Source: Balanoglossus misakiensis | Lineage: Eukaryota > Animalia > Hemichordata | Direction of reading: 5' to 3' | DNA: 64,000 nucleotides | NCBI GenBank assembly: GCA_040954595.2 | Contig: CM082579.2 | Location: 15,724,550-15,788,549, forward strand | In this document: positions 21,440 through 32,600 of the stretch, piece by piece | Numbering within the stretch: position 1 is the first letter of the stretch | Layout: each line of letters begins with the position of its first letter | Translations under genes and position numbers: made by a program | Notes under the pieces: model-generated | Databases searched by the model: none | What the model saw: the letters and a program-made list of their open reading frames with translations, nothing else | What the model was told of the DNA's origin: nothing

Positions 21440-23775
21440 TTACACTGAAACTGCGCTTATTTCGCTTGGTTTGCAGTTGGGACAAGAAAACAGTGCTTTT
21501 TTCTTAATTTCGGTTGGTGTAACATTCACACACGCTCCATGAAACCATTCATAGCAATAATCACACTGGATCATAAGTTTCCCATCATCAGGTTTCCTGC
21601 AAAGGCAATATACTTCACCCATTCCTGCGCTGTCCTTAAGTAAGGTCTTCCTAAAGGTTACTATCCAGCGAGGAAGCTCTTTATCCTGGCAAGGCTTTAG
21701 CCGATCGTGATGGGCGGTCCAAACCTCTCTTCGCAATTTGATGCGGAAGAGATAGGGTGTGATTTTGGTGATGATGACCCCTGGTCCTTTCCAAGGTGGG
21801 CACAGTTTACGGCATTTGCCTTTCGTGGATCCGGTATCCAACAGATATACTGGATCCCCGACCTTGAAGGACTGCTTGTTCACTCGGAGGTCGTAATCAC
21901 GTTTCATTCTTTCTTGTGTGGTCTTCAGTATTTCCCGCGCTGTCTCATGAGAATTCATTATGGCCTCCTCCAATTCGTACACATACCCCTCATGAGATTG
22001 GTCAGTGTTTGTCCTGGGAGGCCGGAATACAAGATCAGCAGGCTGGTTTATTTCCCTACCTAACATCATCCGGTTGGGCGTAAAACCAGTGCTGCGGTTG
22101 ACTGAAGAGCGGAGAGCTCCGGCGATCTGTGAGAGAAATTTATCCCATTCTTTCTGTGACTTGATGTAGCATCTGATTGCGTTCATCAAAGTGCGATTCT
22201 GCCGTTCCGCCTGGCCATTAGCAGATGGTCTGTAAGAAGTGGTTCTTGTTTTATGGATATGAAGAATCTCACAAATCACTGAAAATAACTGACTTTCAAA
22301 GTTTCTTCCCTGGTCAGTGTGAATTTCAAATGGATACCCGAACCTGGTAAAGAATTCAGCTACTGCGGCGTGTGCTGTTTCCTCAGCATTTTGGGTTGGC
22401 AGCGGTATACATTCTACCCACTTGGTGAATTGATCTACCATTACCAGGATATAATCATTACCTCGAGGTGTCTTGGGTAACGGCCCTAGGAAATCCAAGT
22501 GAACTCGTTCCATCGCTGCCCCCGCATGAAATAGGGTCAGCTGATGTCGGTGGTGTCTGTGTGCTTTCTTGTCGTGATTGCAAATTGCACACATTGTGAC
22601 ATACTTGCGGATGTCGTGGGACATCCTATACCAATGGTATTTGGTCCTGATTCTGGCTTGAGTGCGCTGTATTCCCTGGTGCCCACAAGATGGAATATCA
22701 TGATTCAACCGTATAACTTCATCTTTCATGGTATTAGGGATGACTAGTTGTTTGGTGTTTTCATCTGTGGCCGACTTTCTCCACAGTACTCCCTCCTCAA
22801 TGAAGTATAGGTCACGGTTGATCCAATAATTCTTTGCTGCAGGGCTGGAGAGTCTCAGCTCTCCTTCCTCAGGAACTTTCCCAGTTTCAAGCCATGTGAT
22901 GAGAATCCCCAGTGTTTTATCAGTCTGCTGTGCCTGTTGGTATTCTTTGTGAGAATATCCTAGGATGGCTGTTCCCAGTTTAGTGGAATCCTCTCTGGAT
23001 AGTATGCAGACTTGTACAGGATCCGGAAAGTGGGAAATTTCGAGGTTCGAATGAGGCACGTCGATTAGTTCGTCCTGGACTGTGTCACGGGTGATTCCGC
23101 AGCAAGTTAATAGACCCAAGTTACCTCCAGGGTCCCATGGCCAGGTCTCTTCATCTTGAATTGCTGGTTGTATTTGTGGGTCCATGCTACCGGTACATTG
23201 GTTCACCACATATGGCCCTTCTTTTTGGTGGAGTTGGCTGTTCCTGTGTTTGTCTCTGGGTTCAGCCATGGTAAGGGGAATTACATCATCCACCTCATTG
23301 ATGAACGGGCTCCAGTTTCGATGTGCTCTGCTGCAATAGTTGCATCCCCCGCAAGGTAAGGATTCCAATTTTGTTCCATGCTCAAAATTGGTGCAGGCAC
23401 TTTGCTCGGGTAATCTTGACAGGGAGTCGGCGTTGATGTGTTGTTTTCCTGGTCGGTGTTGCACAGTAAAGTTGTACTGGCTTAGTTCTTCTAGCCAGCG
23501 AGCTAATTGGCCTTGTGGTTCTTTGAATCGTATTAGCCATAGCAAACTGTGATGATCTGTCCGTACCAGAAATTTATTACCAAGCAAGTAGTATCGAAAC
23601 TGCCGGGTGAACCTTACGACTGCCAGCAATTCTTTTCTTGTGGTGCAGTACCGTCTCTGTTCAGGTGTCAGGGCATAATTTCCATAAGAAATTGTTCTCT
23701 CCTTGCCGTTCTGTATCTGGGATAACTCAGCTCCGATGGCAAAGTCTGAGGCATCCGTGTCTAGAATGAAGTTAT
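21440..23775 (-). CDS. Pol 3' part: RNase H, integrase and C-terminal PHD finger
   Basis: ILDTDASDFAIG...RKELLAVV...TDHHSL...ADSLSR; HHCC (H...GHQG...CAIC); HLDFLGP, TDQGRNFES, QAER; GPY-like WKGPG; VYCLCRKPDDGKLMIQCDYCYEWFHGACV...CPNC. Confidence 0.95.
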
Positions 23776-24462
23776 AATAATAATAATAGTTTATTCAGAT
23801 ACAATATAGGCCACCGGCCTCTGTGTATACAAACTAGTACGTCACCTGAAATCTCCGGAGGACGCAAAAATGTAAAATAATTGTCGAATTACATCATGGC
23901 CATGAAAAAGGAAAGAAACGAATCACACTTCAGATCGTTTTTTCGTGGCAAAAAATACAAATTTTGACAGATTACGCAAGATACTTGGGTTACATGATTG
24001 CATGAGGAGGTAAAATTTATCGTAGGTTGGCATAAAATAGTAATATCTAGGAATATACTTGACTCGTAAATCCGCATAGAATGGACACACAATACAAAAG
24101 TGAAATTCATCCTCTATCTCATTACCATTACAATAGATACATGTTCTATCTTCACGATTATTGCGTAATCGCCTGTCAGCTTCGATACGTAAAGCGTGCG
24201 CTGATATTCTAAATCTACAAAGTGCCTCTCGAAAGTGCGACTTTTCAATCATGTTGAAATACAATTCTCGTCGAAAAATATGTTTGAACTTTCTGTAAGA
24301 GTCTAGTTTAGGAAACAAACGTAGACTAGTATGCCAGTTTTGAACATCTAGATCATGACAACGCTGTTTGAATAAGGAAATAAAATTGACATTGTTACCA
24401 ACCCCCTGATTAACCCATGCCTCACCCATTCCATAGGAAAAAAGTAACATTTTCACATCGTG
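23776..24462 (-). mobile_element. 5'-truncated LINE (RTEX/CR1-like ORF2 C-terminus) inserted in the Gypsy RNase H
   Basis: 13-bp TSD agaatgaagttat (23763-23775, 24463-24475) and (ATT)n tail. ORF 23923-24456 reads RFRISAHALRIE...CIYC...IEDEFHFCIVCPFYADLR. Confidence 0.9.
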
Positions 24463-26585
24463 AGAATGAAGTTATCCTTTGTATTGGGCAAGGTCAGAAC
24501 AGGGGCAGCGGTGAGTGCTTTCTTGATGTCCTCAAAAGCTTGATGTTGCTCATACCCCCAGGCGAATGGTTTCTTCCCGGTTACACTGTACAGAGGTACC
24601 GCTAACTTGGCATAATCCTTGATGAAGGCGCGATGGTAGTTCGCAAATCCTGCAAATTTTTCCACGTCCTTCGTGTTGATAGGGATTGGCCATTCTTGGA
24701 TCATCCGAATAGATTGATCTTCAAGAGATATTCTGTTTCTACCAACTTTCCTAGCCAGGAAACTTACTTCCTGTTGGAATAACTCACACTTTCTTGGCTT
24801 GAGTTTCAGTTGGTACTTCCGTAGTCGTTTGAAGACTTCCCGGAGATTTTTAAGGTGTTCTTCGAAGCTTGATCCGAGCACCATTATATCATCCAGAAAT
24901 GCCAGTACGATGTCCCAAGTTAGGCCCCTTAGTACTAGGTTCATCACTCTGGAGAAAGTAGCAGGTGCGTTGCACAGACCAAACGGCATTCGGGTAAATT
25001 CGTACAAACCGTATTTGGTGGTGAAAGCCGTTTTCTTGCAGTCGGGTGGATTAATACTTATCTGCCAGTATGCCGAGTTGGCGTCCAACTTGGAGAACCA
25101 TAGACATCCTGATAGAGTGTCCATACAATCCTCCACCAATGGCAGCGGAAAAACGTCCTTTACGGTGATGTTGTTTAGGGCTCGATAATCCACACACCAA
25201 CGCACGCTTGCATCTCGTTTTCGCACTAGAACTGGTGCCGAAGCCCATTCGGAGATTGATGGCCTTATAACTCCGGCATTCAGCATTTTCTTTAAGTGGG
25301 CTTCTTCTTCCCCTGCAAAACACATTGGAGTGCGCCGTAGACGTTGCTTTATTGGTGGATTGTCTTTTGTGTCGACGCTATGTGTGATTGCAGTGAAATT
25401 TCCCAGATCAAATTCGTCCTTGGCGAAAACATCTTCGTAATCGAACAGAAGTTTATGTAGTTGGGTTTGTTCATCTGCTTGAAGATGACTGCAGGATCTT
25501 TCAAACAGATTTCCTAAATGTGAAGGTAGCCCGCCTACCGGCTGAGGGCGTACTTCAGTCTTCTGTTGGGCGTCAGGTGATGGGACGGTGATCACCTCCA
25601 CTTCTGTAGCTGATGCGATAGGATCCTTGCTCTTCAGAGTTATATAATTCTCCGTCGGGTTGACTAAACAAACCTTAGGTGATTGTTCCCCCGAGTGAAG
25701 TGTCCTGGGCATCATTACTTTCAATCCCTGGGTTGGTTCTACCAAATAGTCGGTTAGATCCGTATCGAGTAAACAGGATATTCTGACCACACTATTCGGT
25801 GGGATGATTGTCCGTCGCTTCAAAGTTACCTTTGCCACTTTCGGCGAATGATCCCTCTGTCCAAGGGTCATAGGTATGTTTTCCTCCCCCAAATGGAGCC
25901 AGTTGTTACTCATGTTGATGGTTGCTCCATTTGCTTGTAGGAAATCAACTCCCAGTAGCATTTCGTCGCCTATTGGGGCTACGTATATATCGGCATTGAA
26001 GACGGCACGTCCTAGCTGGATGTCAACGGGTCCGACCAGGTTGGCTTTCATGGTTAACTGTCTTCCAGCTGTTTGCATGGTAACTTCCCGCAATATTGGA
26101 GGTTTTACTCGCAGACTGTTGTACAGTTGGTCAGAGATAATAGTGACTTCTGCGGCGGTATCGATGATAGCGGTAGCGGACTGGTCTCCAATTTTTGCTG
26201 GGATGCTATACATTGAACTGGACACAAGTTGGTTAATGACAACCATAGGCATGTCATTAGCTTCGGATGTTGCCATACTGGTCTTTGACGATTTTGTCTC
26301 TTCCACTGTTGAGTTGGTCACATCTGCGCAATGTGTACCATCATCAGTTGGAGTTGGTATAGTCGTTGTATACACATCTGCACAATGTGTATTGACATCA
26401 AGTGTTACCGATTCAGCTGATGGCGATGGCACGTCAATATTACAGTTGCGATCGCCCTCCGTGGAAGCGTTGAGGCCATAGGTTATGGGTTGTTGGGTCA
26501 AACTTTGGCCTCTGGGCTTGACCCTTTGGTGTTTAATGGACTGGCCGGCGCTGTTTCCTTCTTTTCTGATGTTCCATGGGGACAT
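24463..26585 (-). CDS. Pol 5' part: aspartic protease, RT and start of RNase H (-1 frame relative to gag)
   Basis: AIIDTAAEVTII; WASAPVLVRK, CVDYRALN, LDANSAYWQI, MPFGLCNAPATF, AFLDD. Confidence 0.95.
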
Positions 26586-28171
26586 TCCCTCTTAAAATGG
26601 CCTATCTCGCCGCACCCATAGCAACCACGGCTTCTCGGAGATGGGGATCAGTACCTTGATGTCTGCTGCGTTGTCACCACTTTGGTTAATTCGGCCAGTT
26701 GGGTGGTGACAGTCTGCAAAGTTGCGCTGATTGCCGACATCTGCGTCTCCAGCCTCGACATCCTCCCCTGCATCTCAGTTCCTCCGTCTTTGCTTCTCGG
26801 GCGGATGGGAGCTCTTTCAGGAGAGGGTGATTGTTTTCGCTCATACCTGGAGACAGATCGTGCTTCGATGTTGGTTTTCGGGTATTCCGGATCAGGACTT
26901 ACAAATCGTACTTCCCGCCTCTGCGATCGGATGCCATAGATTGCTTGATGATTATACTGGAATCTTTTGACAGTATCGATCGCTGCTTCGATGGAAGTTG
27001 GACGCTGATTTGCTGCCCATTGGCCTGCTTCTCGATCACAACATCCTTGGCAAAAGCGCATCACAGCTTGAAGCTCTATGGTGGCATCGCTGCTTTCTTG
27101 AAATGCCTGCATCGCAAGTGAATAAACCCTGTCCGCCCATTCTTCTAATTTCTCCTCGGTGTTTTGTCGGATCTGGGCGAACTGAAGCTGACTGGATTCT
27201 GGAATCTCTTTCAAGCCGAATCGTTTCTCCAGTTTTTTTAGCAGCTCGTGATAGCTGACGTCTGCGTTTTTCTGGAGGATCCTGGTATAAACTTCACTTG
27301 CTTTCCCCTCTAAACACCAGCACAGATAATTTTTGCATTCATTGAATGACATGTCCTGCATCTCGGCAAATTTCGTGAATTTTACCTGATATGCCTGCCA
27401 GTTTCCGGAGCCATCGTAGATTAGCGTCCTGGGAACTGACATTGGGATGTGACGATGACTTGATCTGTCCATCCGGTTATCATGCTGGTAGTAGAGTTGA
27501 GTTCTGGGAGGAGCGAATTCTGTTGGATAATGGCCATCATAATAATCCGGTGATGCACCCGCTCGTGGTCTGGACACATTCACCCGTGATGGACGATAAT
27601 TCTGCTCATCTTCAGGCCAGGTCGCATATCGCTGTTCATCGCGAACACTTCGTGGATATGGTCTACCATACGCAGGAGCATCTGGCCTGTACGCAGGATG
27701 GAATGAACTATCATACCCCCGAGAGTCGGTATGATGTTGACTTACCCTATCCTGTGTATAGTCTGGTTCGTCAAATCGCCTCGATCGAATAGGTGCTTTG
27801 GGTTGTTGATGTCGTGAAGGTCGTTGAACATGTCTGCTTTCGCGTTCTTTCGTGACCTTGTCAATCCTTTCCATCCATTCCTTCATGCTATCTTCATCAC
27901 TATCCTTCCCGCTGTCTTCCTCATCTTCCCAGAACGGGGCGAGATGGGTAGTTGTGTTCATGGATGGTTTGGCTGAAGCACCTGGTGGGTCGAAGTCGGC
28001 CATCTCCGTGAATTCTTCGGATGGTTTGAACCTAGGAATACTGCATACCATCTCATATGTTACATAGCCATGTCGTTCACGTAATCGCAGAATCGCCTTG
28101 GCTATTTTCCGTCCCACTCCAGGTAGACATTGAAGAGTTCCTAGAGTACTGGTGTTGACGTTGATTTTCAT
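26498..28171 (-). CDS. Gag with N-terminal helix-hairpin-helix and C-terminal CCHC knuckle; in-frame TGA at 26650-26648
   Basis: Starts MKINVNTSTLGTLQCLPGVGRKIAKAILRLRERHG; capsid-like YDGSGNWQAY...LEGKA...LEKRFG. After the TGA the frame continues SPSPRSRGCYGCGEIGHFKRECP to a stop at 26500-26498. Confidence 0.85.
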
Positions 28172-29339
28172 GATGGCGCGTTAGAAATTATTGAGATGGA
28201 AGTTGCAGATACCGTTGTCGGAAAATATTACCCACACAAGGACAGAGTAATATTTAACAAAGTGATATTACTCGTAATATTTACTGAGCAATACCCAAAT
28301 TGATCAGTTTGTCACAAGAATAATCAACGACAATGACCAATCAATTATATCACAACAATAATAGAACCCGCAATTATACAGAGTAATATAATGTGATAAT
28401 AAGACTAGTACGACTGATATCAATAATACAATAATTGGAATGGCTCACAATAATAAAACTCGCAATAATACTGAGTAATACAATGCGACACCAAATATTA
28501 TTGATATAGCGAATAATTGAACAGTTTCAACACTTACCAATTGCTGAGGAATTACAGTTCTGTACTGATACTGTGTGGTACAACTAGTAAAAATGCGAAA
28601 CAAAGCGGAATTTGTTAAAGCGAAACTTTTCAGAAGTAAAACAACAGATAAAAGACAAGTCCGAAAGCTGGAACTTGTCCGCACAAAAAGTACGTAAAAT
28701 TATGACGAAAGGTGCGGTGTACAGAACTGCCACAAAAAATGGCTTCTTTGACGAAATGGCTTCCTCGTCAATGCAATGGTGGCACCAATACTAGCAGAAA
28801 GTTACTTTCCAAGCTATCCGTACACACACAACGGCAGTATAACGGGCTAGGAAGTATAACTGCAAATCTTACCTTGCCGTGTTCGGAAGTTCGCCGTACA
28901 CACAAAAAATACGGTAAGACAAAGTACACGTAAAACAACACAGAAATAAGTTGTGAAACTTTTCCTTGAAACGTGCACAGAAAAAAACGGCACAGTGTAG
29001 CGGAAAATTCCTCTCACTGAATTTCTTGAACTTGGCCCCAGCTGTCCGAACTTCAATAAATATTACAAGCTTTACCGGAACAACTGGAGATTCGTTCCCA
29101 GTTTTCTCTCGACTTCACCTAGTTCTCTGTCTCCCACCAGAAAAACTAATGAAGACGGTTTCTTGGTGCAAGTGTTGAAAACTGAAAGCACTTGGGCGTC
29201 CGCACTACTCCTATAAGTTTCAAGCGGAAAGCCGCGACGCAACTTTAACGATAGCGAGTACTCCGACTACTTATCCTCAAAAATCGGCAAAAAGTTACCA
29301 ACGGAGTTTTTTCACCTTTTCCCCACTAGGGTTGAAAAG

Positions 29340-29350
29340 TCGCAGCGCCA
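29340..29350 (-). promoter_or_regulatory. Primer-binding site, probably tRNA-Ser
   Basis: TGGCGCTGCGA begins 2 nt after the 5' LTR. It resembles the complement of a tRNA-Ser 3' end (from recall, not aligned). Confidence 0.75.
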
Positions 29351-29352
29351 AT

Positions 29353-29612
29353 TGTAGTAAATACCGGTTACTAACCTGGTAGGTACTACGGGTTGTCTTA
29401 TTCCGGGCCACAGAGTTTTCTTGGTACTGGTCGTCAGTCCTGGTAGCGTGTTGCTCTGATGCTGGTCCGGGTCGTTCTGGTTCTGATAGTTGAGAAACGT
29501 GGGTAAAAACCAGTAGCACAGGTGCAGGGCATTCCGTAGTGCAATTACGTCAGAGGCGTCCCACCTGTACAGCAGGGCGCCACCAACGGCCAGAAGCCCA
29601 CAAATCACTACA
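29353..29612 (-). repeat. 5' LTR
   Basis: tgtagtaaatacc...aatcactaca. Confidence 0.96.
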
Positions 29613-32600
29613 TATATATCGATACAAATTCCACAAAAGACCGTCTAATTTGGCTCACTGCAGACAAAATTGCGTTTTACCAAATTTTCCTTGAAAATGT
29701 CATTTTTAGAAAAAAAAAAAAAAAAACCTTTGTTCTTCGAATTTGGTGCCCTGATCATATATGACATGTTGATTGTATGTTAAAACTCTCGACCACTCCA
29801 AAAATGCAGAGATATTGACGGAATTCAAGAAAAATAGCCATTTTGGCCATATTTTGACAAAAATGGTAAATTTTTAAAAAATCATAAAAAATTAACTCTT
29901 TTCTTCATTTTCGGAAATATTATGGAGCATGAAGTGTCGTTCTCTTGTAAAAAGTGCTGCAAATTCCAGAAAAGGCGGTATAATTTGAATCACCCAAGAC
30001 AAAATTGCAATTTTTCGACTTTTTTTCGAAAAATTGTCTTTTTTACAAAATAAATAAGAATAAATTCTTTTCTTAGTTTCAAACGGGTAGAGATACTTTC
30101 CACACGGGTTTTCTAACATTAAATTCCCGTTCATCAACTCAGATTTCCTACAGCATAAGTCGGCTAAAACCCTGAGACTTTAGAGCAGAAACAGTTGCAC
30201 ACTGGTAACGTTGAACAAGTCGATTTTTCTACGGCCTGGCTCGGCTAAATCTCCGTCACAATATGACAGACACTAGCGTACGTTAGCAACGGTGATCAAG
30301 TCAGATTTTCTACGGCATGGCTTGGATAAAGCCCCGGCACTCTAGAGCAGAAACACGCGTACAGAGACCACGTTGATCAAGTCTGATCTCCTACGGCTTT
30401 GCTCGACTAAAACCCCGGCACACTATGACAGACATTAGCGTTCGTTAGCAACGTTGATCAAGTCAGAATTCCTACGGCATGGCTTGGCTAAAGCCCTGGC
30501 ACTCTAGAGCAGAAACACGCGTACAGAGACCACGTTGATCTACTCACATTTCCTTCGGCCTGGCACGGCTGATGCCCCGGCACTATATATAGGACACAAA
30601 CTGGCGTAAGTTAACAACGGTAATCACGTCGGGTTTCCCACGGCCTGGCTCAGCTGAAGCCCCGGCACTCTAGAGCAGAAACAGGCGTACATTGACCACG
30701 TTGATCAAGTAAGATTTCCTACGGCGTGACTCGGCTGGTGCATCGGCTCTATATGACACAGACTGGCGTAAGTTATCAACGGTGATTACGTCGGATTTCC
30801 TACGGCCTGGTTTAGCTGAAGCCCCGGCCCTTTAGAGCGGAAACACGCGTACATTGACCACGATGATCAAGTCAGATCTCCTACGGCCTGGCTCGACTAA
30901 AACCCCGGCACACCATGACAGACACTAGCGTTCGTTAGCAACGGTGATCAAGTCGGATTTCCTTCGGCCTGGCTCTGCAAAAGACCCGACACTCTAGTAC
31001 AAAGACGTTGGCTAAGTCGGGCAAACCGAACAGGGAAAGTCACAGCGGGTCAACACTCGACATTTGTTCCGGTAGGACTGCATTATTGCCTGTCAATTTA
31101 TAGAGAAAGCCCGAATTTAACCAGGGCGTTTCAAACACCGACGTTAGTTGTGGGCACGGCCTGCAGTACTGACGGGTAAGCTGACATCGGCGTACCGCAT
31201 GTAATGTAGGGGGGGGGGGAACAGAACGGTTCAATACTATATTTATTAGATATCAGCTACTTTTGGACAATCATCTAAAATCTAAATCATTTTTTCATAT
31301 TTGGATATCTGATGATGTATGAAATTTCCATTATATGTAAAAATGGTGCTGATTATAAAAAATGCACTCTGAATGAGCTGATTTAATACAAAATTGCGTT
31401 TTATTCGTTTTTGCACCAAAAAGGTCATTTTTAGGGAAAACATTCTTTATTCTTTAAATTCGGTGACCTGATCATATATAAACAATTGCTTGTATGTTAA
31501 AAGTTTTAATGACTTTTAAAAGCAGTGACACTGGCGGCATTCAACACGAAAATAACAATTTTAGCCACAATTCGGTCAAAATGGTAAATTTTTGAAAATT
31601 ACAAAAAATACCTGTTTTCTACATTTTCGGAAATCTGATGGAGTATAGAATGCTCTTCGTATACATATATCGATACAAATTCCACAAAAAAACGGCCAAT
31701 TTGGCTCACTGCAGACAAAATTGCGTTTTACCAAATTTTCCTTGAAAATGTCATTTTTAGAAAAAAAATAAAAAAAACCTTTGTTCTTCGAATTTGGTGC
31801 CCTGATCATATATGACTTGTTGATTGTATGTTAAAACTTTCGACCACTCCAAAAATGCGGAAATATTATGGAGCATGAAGTGTCGTTCTCTTGTAAAAAG
31901 TGCTGCAAATTCCAGAAAAGGCGGTATAATTTGAATCACCCATGACAAAATTACCATTTTCGACTTTTTTTCGAAAAATTGTGATTTTTACAAAATAAAT
32001 AAGAATAAATTATTTTCTTAGTTTCAAAAGGGTAGAGACACTTTCCACACAGGTTTTTTAACATTGAATTCCCATTCATCAACTCAGATTTCCTACAGCA
32101 TAAGTCGGCTAAAACCCTGACACTCTAGAGCAGAAACAGTTGCACACTGGTAACGTTGAACAAGTCGATTTTTCTACGGCCTGGCTCGGCTAAATCTCCG
32201 TCACAATATGACAGACACTAGCGCACGTTAGCAACGGTGATCAAGTCAGATTTTCTACGGCATGGCTGGGATAAAGCCCCGGCACTCTAGAGCAGAAACA
32301 CGCGTACAGAGACCACGTTGATCAAGTCTGATCTCCTACGGCTTGGTTCGACTAAAACCCCGGCACACTATGACAGACACTAGCGTTCGTTAGCAACGTT
32401 GATCAAGTCAGATTTCCTACGGCATGGCTTGGCTAAAGCCCTGGCACTCTAGAGCAGAAACACGCGTACAGAGACCACGTTGATCTACTCCCATTTCCTT
32501 CGGCCTGGCACAGCTGATGCCCCGGCACTATATATAGGACACAGACTGGCGTAAGTTAACAACGGTAATCACGTCGGGTTTCCTACGGCCTGGCTCATCT

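Larger units (their letters stand above)
18247..29612 (-). mobile_element. Full-length Ty3/Gypsy LTR retrotransposon with an extra TatD-nuclease ORF
   Basis: TG...CA LTRs of 261 and 260 bp, 4-bp TSD TATA (18243-18246, 29613-29616), PBS, PPT, and gag-PR-RT-RH-INT order. Removing it restores the satellite sequence cttcgtatgtatatatcgatac. Confidence 0.96.

Noticed and set aside
21405-21485. 951-aa ORF3 starting at TTG 21485 with a hydrophobic LLFFLV signal or TM segment (env-like)
   Set aside because: That stretch is the translated polypyrimidine tract of the splice acceptor. The first ATG is at 21404 and the protein has no envelope features.
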